This document shows, piece by piece, positions 1 through 12,480 of a DNA stretch of 64,000 nt (position 1 is its first letter; every line of letters begins with the position of its first letter). The notes under the pieces were generated by a model. It worked only from the letters and a program-made list of their open reading frames with translations. It was not told where the DNA came from and did no database searches. The stretch comes from Felis catus. Taxonomy: Eukaryota. Location of the stretch: positions 173,168,001-173,232,000 of the forward strand of contig NC_058368.1 in NCBI RefSeq assembly GCF_018350175.1, in the 5' to 3' direction. The translations under genes were made by a program, and so were the position numbers.

Positions 1-183
1 CATCCAACTTCGGCACAGGTCATGATCTCGAGGTTCACAAGTTAGAACCCGGAGTCCAGCTCTGTGCTGACAGCTCAGAGCCTGGAGCCTGCTTCAGATT
101 CTTTGTCTCCCTCTTTCTCTCTCTCTGCCCCTCCCCTGCTCACGCTCTGTCTCTCTCAGAAATAAACATTAAAAAAAATTAAA
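1..183 (+). mobile_element. Can-SINE (5' end cut by the window edge)
   Basis: tRNA-derived body, CT-rich tract, AATAAA and A tail. Confidence 0.9.
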
Positions 184-891
184 TTGGCCAACCAATGCCT
201 TGTTTTTACTCTTAGAGTTACTGTGGAGCAAAGTGGCTACATCTCATGAAGCACTGAATTTTGGAGTCTGTATCTGTGGGGTGCCTTTACTTAATGCTTC
301 TTACCTATGTCTTATCTGCTTAATTCTTTGAAAACCCACTTTGAGACTACAGGTGGTTCTGTGCTACAGAAAAGGGTTTTTATTTACTCATCTTTAAGAA
401 ATACATATATATTTGGTGGTATAGCTATTCTTCATGTCAGATTTGAGCAATTTTGTTTAAATAACTCTAGGGTACAGAAAACATTTAATAAGATGAAAGC
501 TATTCCATATAAGATGTTTTCCTGGGGCACCGTGATTCCTTGAGAATTCTCTCAAACTAATTCCGACATCCAGGTTTTACCTATGCTATTCAACCTGTAA
601 TAATTTTATCCTTTTATGCCTTTTTGTAGTATTTAATAATTTAAATATATACATTAAGCTGTTCATTCAGCACATATTTATGTGTGCATACCATATATTA
701 GGTAGCAGTTTTAGTTAGAAGAGGTGTAAAGATTAAGTTATAGAGTATTGGAGTCAGGTGACAGAATTGCAAGTGCCTGCTTTGTAACTTTGGACAAGTT
801 ACTTTTCTGTACTTATGCTTCCTAGTAATAATTATATATACTTCTTAGGTTTTTATGAAGATTAACTAATTAAGAATATTTTTGGACCATC

Positions 892-1140
892 AGGGCACGT
901 AGGTGGCTCAGTTGGTTAAGCATCTGACTCGATTTTTAGCTTAGGTCATCATCTCAGGGTTGTGAGATTGAGCCCCACGTTGGGCTCCGTGCTGGGTGTG
1001 GAGCCGGCTTCAAATTCTCTCCCTCCCTCCCTCTCTCTCTCTGCCCCTCCCCCCTCTAAAAAATAAATAAATTTAAAAAGTTAAAAATATCTATCTTGGG
1101 ACCCTTGAATTGCCGTGTGAATTTTAGGATCAGCTTGTTG

Positions 1141-1189
<49 letters not shown>

Positions 1190-1455
1190 GAACCAGGATT
1201 TTATTAGGTACTGTATTGAATTGATATGTTAGTTTAAAGAGTATTGCCATCTTTGGGGCTCCTGGGTGGCTCAGTCAGTTAAGTGTCCGACTTGGGCTCG
1301 GGTCATGATGTCACGGTCTGTAAGTTCGAGCTCTGCATTGGGCTCTGTGCTGTCAGTTCAGAGCTTGAGCTTGTTTCAGATTCTGTGTCTCCCTCTCTCT
1401 CTGCTCCTCCCCCACTCACTCTCAAAATATGAATAAACATTAAAAAAATAAAAAA
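892..1455 (+). mobile_element. Two sense Can-SINEs (~892-1080, ~1255-1455)
   Basis: gggc..ctgggtggctcag heads, CT tract, A tails. Confidence 0.85.
1145..1187. repeat. (CA)n microsatellite
   Basis: About 21 perfect units. Confidence 0.95.
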
Positions 1456-1744
1456 TGAAATATTAAAGAGTATTACCATATGAAATCTTTTGATCTTTGA
1501 GCGTGGGATGTTTTTCATTTTTTAGATCTCTCATTTCTTTAAAAAATGATTTGTAGCTTTCAGAGTATAAGTTTTGCATGTCTTCTGTTAGGTAAAGTTA
1601 GTCCTTATGATGCTATTGTAAATGGAATTGTTTTCTCAACTTTATTTTCACATTGCTCATTTTGAATGTATAGAAATAGTTTTATTTATTGATTTTGTAT
1701 TCTGCAGCCTTGCCAAACTTGTGTATTCTGATGGTTTTCTTTTT

Positions 1745-2175
1745 AAAAAAATTTTTTAACGTTTATTTATTTTTTTTTTAAATTTTTTTTTCAATGTTTA
1801 TTCATTTTTGGGACAGAGAGAGACAGAGCATGAACGGGCGAGGGGCAGAGAGAGAGGGAGACACAGAATCGGAAACAGGCTCCAGGCTCTGAGCCATCAG
1901 CCCAGAGCCTGACGCGGGGCTCGAACTCCCGGACCGCGAGATCGTGACCTGGCTGAAGTCGGACGCTTAACCGACTGCGCCACCCAGGCGCCCCCTAACG
2001 TTTATTTTTGAGAGAAAGAGAGCATGAGCGGGAGAGGGAGACACAGAATCTGAAGCAGGCTCCAGGCTCTGAGCTGTTAGCACAGAGCCTGATGCGGGGC
2101 TTGAATTCAGGAACAGTGAAACCATGACCTGAGCTGAAGTTGGATGCTTAACCAACTGAGCCACCCAGTCACCCC
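1745..2175 (-). mobile_element. Young SINEC_Fc (~1772-1995) inserted in the tail of an older Can-SINE
   Basis: taacgtttattt is duplicated on both sides of the young copy. Confidence 0.88.
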
Positions 2176-2464
2176 TCTAATAGGGTTTTGTTTTGTTTTG
2201 TTTTGTTTTGTTTTGTTTTTAGTGGATTCCTTAGAATTTTCTATATACAATATCATTGCATCTGAAAATATAGTTTTACTTCTTTCTTTCCAATCTATAT
2301 GCTTTTTATTTATTTCTTTCTCTCTTTTTGCCTAATTGCTTTGGCTAGGACCTCCAGTATAATGTTGAATAAAAGTGCTGAGAGTGGACATCCTTGTTTT
2401 GTACTTGTTCTAAGGGGAAAGCTTTTAGTCTTTCACCATTAAGTATGATATGTATTTTTAATTA

Positions 2465-2687
2465 AAAATTTTTAATGTTTATTTATATTTGAGGGAGAGA
2501 GAGAGAGAGAGACAGTGTGTGAGCAGGGGAGGGGCAGAGAGAGAGATGGAGACACAGAATCTGAAGCAGGCTCCAGGCTCTGAGCTGTCAGCACAGAGCC
2601 CGCCTCGGGGCTTGAACCCATGAACCGTGAGATCATGACCTGAGCCAAAGTCAGACACTTAACCGACTGAGCCACCCAGGTGCCCCA
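2465..2687 (-). mobile_element. Can-SINE
   Basis: Antisense consensus ending gagccacccaggtgcccc. Confidence 0.9.
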
Positions 2688-4674
2688 CTTTTGACACTCT
2701 AAATATAATTTGTCTTGATGTGGATTCCTTTGGGTTCATCTTTTTTAGAACTCTCTGGGCTTCCTGGATCTGGATGTCTGTTTTCTTTCCCACATTAGGG
2801 AAATTTTTATCCATTATTTCTTCAAATAATTTTCCTTCTTGTTTCTCTCCCTCTTCTGGGACCCTTGTAATGTGAATGTCAGTCTGCCTGGTTTTGTCCT
2901 TTCCATAAGTTCGTTAATGTGTCTTCACTCTATTCATCTTTTTTCTTGTACTGCTCTAATTGAATGAGTTCCATTGGTCTGTCTTCAAGTGCAGTGATCT
3001 TTTCTTTTTCATATAGTCTGATGTTGAACCCCTCTATTGTATTTTTCAGTTATATTATTGCATTCTTCAGTAATGTGATTTCTGTTTGGTACTCTCTTTT
3101 ATTTTCTTTTAATTAAAATTCTCATTATGTTTATTCATTCTCCTGAGAGTGTAGTGCATAATTTTTGTGACTGTTATTTTGAACTCCTTTGTCAGGTAAA
3201 TGACTTATCTCTCTTTTGTTAAGGCGTTTTTTTGAATTTTATCTAATTCTTTTTGTTTGGAACATCTTCCTCTGGTTTTGTTTTGTTTTTTGTTTTTTGT
3301 TTGTTTTTGTATTTTCTTTGACTCCATGTTGATTCTGTGCATTAGATAAAATAGCAAGTTTTGAAAGAATGGCCTTATGTAGGAAATGAATCTTATTTTT
3401 CAACTTTGCCATAGCTTTTAGTTGTCTTTCAAACCTTTGTGATTATCCAAGCAGCCTAGTATATTTTTAGTGGTTCCTGGCACTTGAAGGTATGCCAAGA
3501 ACTGCCAATGTCCAAAGGGGAGGAACTCAGTCATCACCTAGGTTGAGGCTGTTTGGAAGCCAGACTCTTAGGCTGCAGCATTTAAAGTATGCAAATATAT
3601 AAAGTCCTGCAGGACTGTCAGTGTAAGTAAGTCCTGGTGGCCCCCAGAAGCAGGTGATCTAGAAGTATCCCCTGGGAAGCAGCTGTAAAAATTGGAGTAT
3701 CAGACAAGGGCACAAACTTCTTTCTGGGAGATAGTGGCAAGCTTGAATGAGGCAGAGGAAGATGCAAAGATGGTGCCTACTGGCCTCTGCCTTTGAATAT
3801 TTCAGTAGTCACCCACGTGTATGTTAAATTAGATGCCTGCACCTCAGGCTGATGTTTTAAGATAAACAAATAAGTCTCTCTCATAGAAAGTCTTGGTGCT
3901 TTTCAGTTGGCTGCCTTTGTGTTGAGCCCTGGGGTGGGTGAGTTGGTATGTGTCAGCTTTTTGAGAACTGCTTTTCAATTCATTTTGGTTTTGGGAGTCT
4001 TAATGGATGCAAGCTTGTTGGCTTTCAGAGCTAGATGTTTAGGGGGTTATCTCTCAGTTGCAGGTCTGAAAAGTTGTGATGCCAGATATGCGATTCAAAC
4101 TGATCTCTCCTCAGGGAGAAGCTCCTGGGTCGACTCCCCCCCCACCCCCCCATGGGTTGTTGTGCCTAGGGTGGGGATTATGATGAGATTTCTCTTTGCT
4201 TTGATGTGGTTTCCCTCTCATTTGTCTTATGTGAATGGGTTGCTCTGCCAGGTTTTAAGTTTATTTTAAAATAATTTGTTCCATATATATTTGTAGACTT
4301 GGTGTGTCTATAGGAGGAGGTTAAATCAAGATTTTTACTATGTCATCTTGAACTGGACCCTCCTTTCAAAATATTTTTAAGTTTTCATTTGTAAGTCTTG
4401 CCTTATTTTGTTACATTTATTCCTAAGAATTTCATTATTTTTGATGTTATTAGAAATGGAATTTTTAAAATTCAATTTTTGGATTTTTATTGCTAGTGGA
4501 TAACACTACAATTGATTTTTGTATGTTGACTGTATACTGCACTCTTTTCTGAACTTCTTTATTGGTTATAATAATTTTTCAGTGGAGTTCTTAATTTTTT
4601 TGTTTTTTTAAATACAAGACCATGTCATCTGCAGATAGTGATAGTTTTACTTCTTCCTTTCCAATTTGGATGTC

Positions 4675-4883
4675 TTTTTTTTTTTTAATGTTTATTTATT
4701 TATTTTTGAGAGAGAATGGGCAAGCAAGGGAAGGACAGAGAGCGAGGGAGACAGAATCCCAAGTAGGCTCTGTGCTGTCAGCACAGAGCCTGATATGGGG
4801 CTCAAACTCATGAACCATGAGATCATGACCTGAGCTGAAACCAAAAGTTGGACACTTAAGCGACTGAGCCACCCAGGCGCCCC
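4675..4883 (-). mobile_element. Can-SINE
   Basis: Antisense consensus; flanks tttggatgtcttt / tttggatatcttt. Confidence 0.9.
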
Positions 4884-5406
4884 AGTTTGGATATCTTTTA
4901 TTTCTTCTTGCGTAGATGACCTGCCTTGAACCTCCAGGATAATGTTCATTAGAAATGATGAAAGCAGACATCCTTGTCTTGTTCCTGTCTTAAGGAGAAA
5001 GCATTCAGTCTTTTATGTTTAAGTGTCATATTAACTATGGGTTGGTTTTTTGTTTTTTTTTTTTTGTTTTTTGGAGATGTTCTTTATCAAGTGGAGGCAT
5101 TGCTGTTGAAAAATAGTTCCTTTAAATTATAATACATAGTCAAGAGAACCAACTATCTAAGTTAATGTTTAAATAACTGGGATAAATTATTATATTATTT
5201 TTATTGAAATGGCCCTACAGAGATGAGATATGTACATATATAGTTTTTTAATAGAAAAATTGGAATTTTAATGAGTAGTGGAAGTATTCAGAAGTTATTT
5301 TACTTCTTTTAGATGGGAACCTTTTTCTTTTATATGATTAAATTACAGATAGCATCTGGAAAAATTAAACTTTGAGTAAATTACTTACCCTGTGTTTCAG
5401 ACAAGG

Positions 5407-5553
5407 ATGCCACGGAGAAAGAAAAGGGTTAAAGAAGTCACTGAAGCACAGAACTTGGAGAAGAAAGATGCAGAAACTGCCAGTTCTGTCAATCTGAAGA
5501 GGAAACGTAGGTTTGAAGATGCATTCATTGTGATATCTGATAGTGATGGAGAG
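5407..5553 (+). CDS. UIMC1: UIMC1/RAP80 first coding exon (exon starts 5401, ATG at 5407): MPRRKKRVKE...FIVISDSDGE, with basic NLS-like motifs and the SUMO-interacting motif
   Basis: Acceptor tgtgtttcag ends at 5400, donor gttagt at 5554. The 49 codons match the recalled RAP80 N-terminus, including the SIM FIVISDSD. Confidence 0.97.
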
Positions 5554-5701
5554 GTTAGTATTCTGAATAGTGGGGCTTTAGCTCTCAAACTAGGCCTTCT
5601 CCATGGCTTGTTTTGTGACTATACCTTAATGCCAACTTGCTGGAATGTGCAGTTTTTTACTCAGCTTCATTTTGATTTGTAAATGTAATTAAGAATTATG
5701 A

Positions 5702-5930
5702 GGGGCACCTGGGTGGCGCAGTCGGTTAAGCGTCCGACTTCAGCCAGGTCACGATCTCGCGGTCCGTGAGTTCGAGCCCTGCGTCGGGCTCTGGGCTGAT
5801 GGCTCAGAGCCTGGAGCCTGTTTCCGATTCTGTGTCTCCCTCTCTCTCTGCCCCCTCCCCCATTCATGCTCTGTCTCTCTCTGTCCCAAAAATAAATAAA
5901 CGTTGAAAAAAAAAATTAAAAAAAAAAAAA
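5702..5930 (+). mobile_element. Young SINEC_Fc
   Basis: CpG-rich young consensus (gtggcgcagtcggttaagcgtccgacttcagccaggtcacgatctcgcggtccg); TSD aagaattatg. Confidence 0.93.
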
Positions 5931-6119
5931 GAATTATGTAAAAGAAAGTAATACTGTTTGGCTGAGACTGGATCATAGTTACTCATTTTTGTAATATATT
6001 GACCCAAGATGGTATTTTTTAAACTATTAGAAGAGACTAAGGCAAATGTAAATGTTAATTTTTATGTGTTTGGAAAGTGGGAGAAAGAGAATGTAAATGC
6101 TGTAAAGTCTCTAAGTGTG

Positions 6120-6545
6120 ATAGCAATGAATCACCTGTAGCTATTTAAATTACAGTTAATTAAAATTAAATAAAAAAAATCCCTTTCTCTGTTATACTGG
6201 CACATTTCAGGTGATCAAAGTCACATGAGTCTAGTGTCTGCTGTATTAGATGACACAGTTATAGAACATTTACCTCATTGTGGTAAACTTTAAAAATTTG
6301 TTTATTTATTTACTTATTTATTTAGAAGGAGAGGGAGAGAGAGCACACATATGCAGGGAAGGGCCAGAGAGAGGGAGAGAGAATCCCAAGCAGTCTATGC
6401 ACTATAGCATAGAGCCCTACATGGGGCTTGAACTCATGAACTGTGAGATCATGACCTGAGCTGAAATCAAGAGTCAGACACTTAACTGACTGAGTCACCT
6501 GGTGCCCCTCATTGTGGAAAACTTTATTGGACAGTGTTGCTTTTG
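6120..6545. mobile_element. MER3-like hAT-Charlie DNA transposon relic, split by a SINE (~6290-6508)
   Basis: 'taattaaaattaaataa...cacatttcag...ctagtg..ctgctgtattaga..acagttatagaacatt...ttattggacag'. The SINE is flanked by duplicated cctcattgtgg(t)aaactt. Confidence 0.6.
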
Positions 6546-7000
6546 GACAGTGCTGCTTTAGATCTTAACATCTCTTCTTTGGTCCTTCTTTCCATGTGTT
6601 TATTAGAGATTTCAGTTGGTCTTTAGGTTACATAGAGGAAGGCAGTGAATTAAGTCATTGTTTTTTCTTCCAAGTTTACTTCTCTTTTTTCTTTATCTTC
6701 TAGCTCATTTGATGGTAGAACCCCTCATTTGCCTTGTTATTAAAACTCAGAATTGTATTTAACTCATTCCTCTTTCTCATATTTTATACCTAATCATTCA
6801 CCACATTCTTTAGTTTTTACCTCTTAAATGACACTCAATCTATTCTTTCTCTTTCATTTCCATTTCTTTCCTTGATCATCTGTTATTTGAGTTCTTGTTA
6901 TTGAGATCATGTTGTTATTTGAGCTCTTGAGTCTGTTAAGACTCTGAACTTGATTGTCTATCTTTGGTTTTTCTCTACATTTCACTTAGTTTACTCCAAC

Positions 7001-7842
7001 TTTTTTTTTTTTTTAATGTTTATTTATTTTTGAGAGAGAAAGACAGAGCATGAGCAGGGGAGGGGCAGAGAGAAAGGGGGACACAGAAACCAAAGCAGGC
7101 TCCAGGCTCTGAGTTGTCAGCAGAGAGCCTAATATGGAGCTCGAACCCACAAACTGAGATCATGACCCAAGCTGAAGTCGGGTACTTAACCGACTGAGCC
7201 ACCCAGGTGCCCCTATTCCAACTTCCTTTTAAGAATTCCGATTTTAGATTGTTGTATTCACTTACTTAAAAAATCTTTGATTCTCTAGTCCCTACAAGAT
7301 CAGTTTAGAATTTTAATATAGTATACTTCACTACAACTGTCACAGTTTGTTCTCATTTGTATTCTTATCAGTAGTGCATTAGTTGCCTTGTTCCTTTTGA
7401 AGGGTGTGACCACATTTTTTATTTTTCCCAATTTCATAATGAAAAAGTTGTGTATTTTTTAATAGGAAAATTGAACATGTTTTCACATCTCTGTTGGGTA
7501 TTTGTTTATTTTTTTGAATTTCCTTATAGTCTAGTTTTTAATTAGGATTTTGGCTAAATAGTTTTTAAAAAGGTATGAAAGAAAAAAATAAAAAAATAAA
7601 AAGGTATGAAAGTATAAAGAAGAAAACAAGGGGTGCCTGGGTGGCTCAGTCGGTTAAGCATCTGACTCTTGATTTTGGCTCAGGTTGTGATCTCATGGTT
7701 CATGAGTTTGAGCCCTATGTCAGGTTCTGTGCTGACAGTGCAGAACCTGCTTAGGATTCTCTTTCTCTCCCTTTCTCTCTGCCCCTCCCCTGCTCGTGTT
7801 CTCTTTCTCTGTCAAAAGAAATAAATACAATTAAAAAAAAAA
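7001..7842. mobile_element. Two Can-SINEs (~7001-7213 minus, ~7630-7842 plus)
   Basis: Consensus heads and tails. Confidence 0.88.
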
Positions 7843-8277
7843 GGAGAAAATAAAAGAATCCATCAATTCTACCAGTTGAATAACTTGTGTTAATATTAAC
7901 AAAAATAACTATACACATACACACACACAGATATGTTAAAACATTTTATACATACATGTTAAAACAGATAAAAACAGTTCAAAACTATTTGAAAACAGTA
8001 TGGAAAGCTATATAGTGAAGATGTACACCTCAGTCAGTGTACATTTAAATAAAGGTAATAATTTTTTCTCTATTCTTCCAGAAAAGTTTTTTTTATGAAT
8101 ATGCTATAAATAAAATCTTTTACAGGAAAGGAATCATGCTACATAGGCTGTTTTGCTTTTTAATTTAATATTTATTGCAGATCTTTTTATAACAACAGAT
8201 ACAGATCTAACTCATTAATTTTTTTTTTTAAGTTGTCAAATATGCCACACAGGAGAGTCCATAAAATGCAAATCATA

Positions 8278-10125
8278 ATTTTTTTATTTATTTTTTTTCT
8301 TAAATCCCCGTCACCTATTTCACCCATTCTCCCCCCACCTCCCTTCTGATAACCATCAGTTTGTTCTCTATAGTTAAGAGTCTGTTCTTGGTTTGTTTCT
8401 GTCTCTTTTTCCTTTGCTCATTTGTTTTGTTTCTTAAATTCCACATGAGTGAAATCATAAGGTATTTGTCTTTCTTGGACTTATTTCACTTAGCTCCATC
8501 CAAGTCATTGCAAATGGCAAGGTTTCATTCTTTTTTATGGCTAAATAATATTCCTTGCAAATGGCAAGGTTTCATTCTTTTTTATGCCTAAATAATATTC
8601 CATTATCAGTATGTATACATATATATACATACATATATGCCACATCTTCTTTATCCATTTATCTGTTGATGAACACTTGGGCCGATTCCATATCTTGGCT
8701 ATTGTAAATAATGCTGCTATAAACATAGGGGTGCAGGTATCTCTTTGAATTAGTGTTTTTGTATTTTTTGGGTAGATATCCAGTAGTATAATTACTGGAT
8801 TATAGGGTAGTTCTATTTTTAAATTTTTGAGGAAATTGCATACTGTTTTCTGCAGCATCTGCACCAGTTTGTATTCCCACCAACAGTGCATAGAGGGTTC
8901 CTTTTTTTCCATATCCTTGTCAATGCTTATTTCTTGTGTTTTTGATTTTAGCTATTCTGATAGGTGTGAGGTGATATCTCATTGTAGTTTTGATTTGTAT
9001 TTCCCTGATGATAAGTGATACTTAGTATCTTTTCATGTGTCTGTTGGCCCTCTGGATGTCTTCTTGGAGAAGTGTCTGTTCATGTGTTCTGTCCATTTTT
9101 TTTTTTTATTTGATTTTTTTTGGGGGGGGTATTGAGTTGTATCAGTTCTTTATATTTTTAGATACCAATCCTTTATCTGATATGTTATTTGCAAATATCT
9201 TCTCCCATTCTGTAGGTTGCCTTTTAGTTTTGTTGTTTCCTCTGCTATGCAGAAACTTTTTATTTTGATGGAGTCCTAGTAGTTTATTTTTGCTTTTATT
9301 TCCCTTGCCTCAGGAGGCATACCTAGAATACTGTTGCTATGGCCAGTGTGAGAGAAATTACTGCCTGTGGTCTCTTCCATGATTTTTATGGTATCAAGTT
9401 TCATCTTTAGGTCTTTAATCCATTTTGAATTTATTTTTGTGTATGCTGTAAGAAAGTGGTCCACTTTGATTCTTTTGCATGTAGCTGACAAGTTTTTCCA
9501 GCACCATTTGTTGAAGAGACTTTTTCCCATTGAATATTCTTTTCTGCTTTGTTGAAGATTAATTGATCATATATTTATGGGTTTATTTCTGGGTTTTCTG
9601 TTCTGTTCCATTGATCTATATGACTATTTTTGTGCCAGTACCATACTGTTTTGATTACTATAGCTATGTAATATAACTTGAAGTCTAGAATTGTGATACT
9701 TCTTTTTTTTTTTTTTTTTTTTAATCCAAGTTAGTTAACATATGGTGTAATAATGATTTCAGGAGTAGAATTTAGTGATTCATCACTTACATACAGTACT
9801 CAGTGCTCATCCCAACAAGTGCCCTCCTTGATGCTCATCACCCACGTAACCCATCTCCTCACCCACCTCCCCTCCAGCAACCCTCAGTTTGTTCTCTGTA
9901 TTTAGAGTCTCTTATGGTTTGCCTTCCTCTCTGTTTTATCTTATTTTCCTTTCCTTTCCCCTCTGTTGATCTGTTGTGTTTCTTAAATTCCACATGTGAG
10001 TGAAATCATATGATATTTATCTTCTTTTGAGTGACTCATTTCACTTAGCATAATACACTCTTAATTCCATCCATGTGGTTGCAAATGGCAAGATTTCATT
10101 ATTTTTGATCACCGAGTAATATTCC

Positions 10126-10159
<34 letters not shown>

Positions 10160-11730
10160 CACCACATACTCTTTTTTTCTTAAATTTTTTTTTTTGCGGT
10201 TTATTCATTTTTGAGAGACAGAGCATGAGTGGGGGATGGGCAGAGTGAGAAGGAGACACAGAATCTGAAGCAGGCTCCAGGCTCTGAGCTGTTAGCACAG
10301 AGCCCAACATGTGGCTTGAACTCAAAAACTGTGAGACCATGACCTGAGCTGAGCCCCATGCTTAACCTACTGAGCCACCTGGGTGCCCCATACCACATCC
10401 TCTTATCCATTCATCAGTCGATGGACATTTGGGCTCTTTCCATAATTTGGCTATTGCTGATAGTGCTGCTATAAACATTGGTGTGCATGTGCTCTTTTGA
10501 GTCAGCATTTTTATATCGTTTGGATAAATACTTAGTAGTGCATTCGCTGGGTTATAGGGTAATTCTATTTTTAACTTTTTGAGGAACCTCCATAGTGTTT
10601 TCCAGCGTAGCTGTACCAGTTTGCATTCCCACCAGCAGTGCAAAAGGGTTCCTCTTTCTCCACATCCTCGCCAACATCTGTTGCCTGAGTTGTTGATTTC
10701 AGCCATTCTGACAAGTGTGAGGTGGTATCTCATTGTGGTTTTGATTTGTATTTCCCTGATGATGAGTGATGTTGAGCATCTTTTGATGTATCTTTGAGCC
10801 ACCTGCATGTCTTCTTTGGAATAGTGTCTGTTTATGTCTTTTGCCTACTTCTTCACTGGATTATTTCTTTTTTGGGTGTTGAGTTTGATAAGTTCTTTAT
10901 AGATTTTGAATTTTTTTTTCAAGATTGCTTTGGCTATTCGGGGTCTTTTGTGGTTGCGTACAAATTTTAGGATTGTTCTAGTTCTGTGAAAAATGCTCTT
11001 GGTATTTTGATGGGGATTGCATTAAACATGTAGATTGCTTTGGGTAGTAGAGCCATTTTAACAATATTTGTTCTTCTAACCCATGAGCATGGAATGTCTT
11101 TCCATTTTTTGTGTTGTCTTTAATTTCTTTCATCAGTGTTTTATGGTTTTCAGAGTATAGCTCTTTCACCTCTTTGATTAAGTTTATTTCTAGATGTTTT
11201 ATTGTTTTTGGTGCACTTGTGAATGAGTTGTTTTCTTAATTTTACTTTCTCCTGCTTCATTATTAGTGTATGGGAATGCAGCAGATTTCTATACATTGAT
11301 TTTGTATCTTGTGACTTTACTGAATTCATTTATCCGTTCTAGTTGTTTTTTGATGAAGTCTTAAGTGTTTTCAATATGTAGTATTGTGTTTTTTGCAAAT
11401 AGTGAAAATTTTAATTCTTCCTTACTGATTTAGGTACCTTTTATTTCTTTTTGTTCTCTAATTGCTGTGGCTAGCACTTTCAGTATTATGTTGAATAAAA
11501 GTTGTGAGAGTGGACATCTTTGTCTTGTTCCTGACTTTAGGGGAAAAGCTCTCAGTGTTTCCCCATTGAGAATAATGTTAGCTGTGGGATTTTCAGATAA
11601 GCCCTTTATTATGTTGAGATGTGTTCCCTCTAGACCTACTTTGTTGAGGGTTTTCATCATGAGTGGATGTTGTACTTCGTCAGATGCTTTTTCTGTATCT
11701 ATAGAAATAATCATACGGTTTTTACATTTA
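8278..11730 (-). mobile_element. 5'-truncated carnivore L1 (ORF2 3' half and 3' UTR) with a nested younger L1
   Basis: ORF2 peptides on the minus strand (8541-8912, 9276-9530, 11430-11714). Degenerate TSD cataaaatgcaaatcata (8260-8277) / cataaaatacaaaatcata (11731-11749). Confidence 0.85.
9701..10910 (-). mobile_element. Nested L1 3' fragment containing a SINE (~10172-10390)
   Basis: Poly-T at 9703-9722, L1 3' UTR, ORF2 C-terminal peptide at 10362-10808 ([23 protein letters not shown]...[10 protein letters not shown]). Confidence 0.85.
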
Positions 11731-11997
11731 CATAAAATACAAAATCATACTTTAAAAAAATAATTCGGCTATCTGTATTCACTACCTTAGAAGCCCTCTT
11801 GACTTAGTGTGACCCTCATCAGTTGCATCCCTTTCCACCCATCTAGAGGTAAGCACTGTATTTGTTTTACATTTCCATGATTTTCTGTACAGTTCTACCA
11901 CATATATGTGTATTTCATTTTTTCACCCCCCATTTATGTGTATTTCAAAACAGTACATATATACTAAAAAGCAGTCTTAATGGTTACATGCTTTAAA

Positions 11998-12480
11998 TTT
12001 TTTTTTTTTCAACGTTTTTTATTTATTTTTGGGACAGAGAGAGACAGAGCATAAACGGGGGAGGGGCAGAGAGAGAGGGAGACACAGAATCGGAAACAGG
12101 CTCCAGGCTCCGAGCCATCAGCCCAGAGCCCGACGCGGGGCTCGAACTCACGGACCGTGAGATCGTGACCTGGCTGAAGTCGGACGCTTAACCGACTGCG
12201 CCACCCAGGCGCCCCAGTGGTTACATGCTTTAACCAACATTTTTCAGTAATCATTTCTCCAAAAATTTGAAGTTTTACCTTAAAAAATTTTTGAGAGAGA
12301 GAGAGAGAGAGAGTGCATGTTGGGGAGGGGTGGAGAGAGACAGAGACACAGAATCCGAAGCAGGCTCCAGGCTCTGAGCTGTCAGCACGGAGCCCCTTGT
12401 GGGGCTTGAACTAATGAGCCATGAGATCATGCATGACCCAAGCCGAAGTTGGCCGCTTAAGTGATGAGCCCCTGAGCCCC
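11998..12480 (-). mobile_element. Young SINEC_Fc (~11998-12215, TSD tggttacatgctttaa) and an older Can-SINE (~12285-12480)
   Basis: Consensus match and 16-bp TSD. Confidence 0.9.

Larger units (their letters stand above)
1090..5100 (-). mobile_element. Old L1M fragments (ORF2/ORF1/5' region), antisense, interrupted by SINEs
   Basis: L1 antisense motifs such as 'gatgctattgtaaatggaattg', 'ctccagtataatgttgaataaaagt' and 'gtctttcaccattaagtatgat'. Confidence 0.7.

Noticed and set aside
5702..5790. tRNA gene (A and B boxes)
   Set aside because: tRNA-derived SINE head followed by SINE body, A-tail and TSD; no complete cloverleaf.
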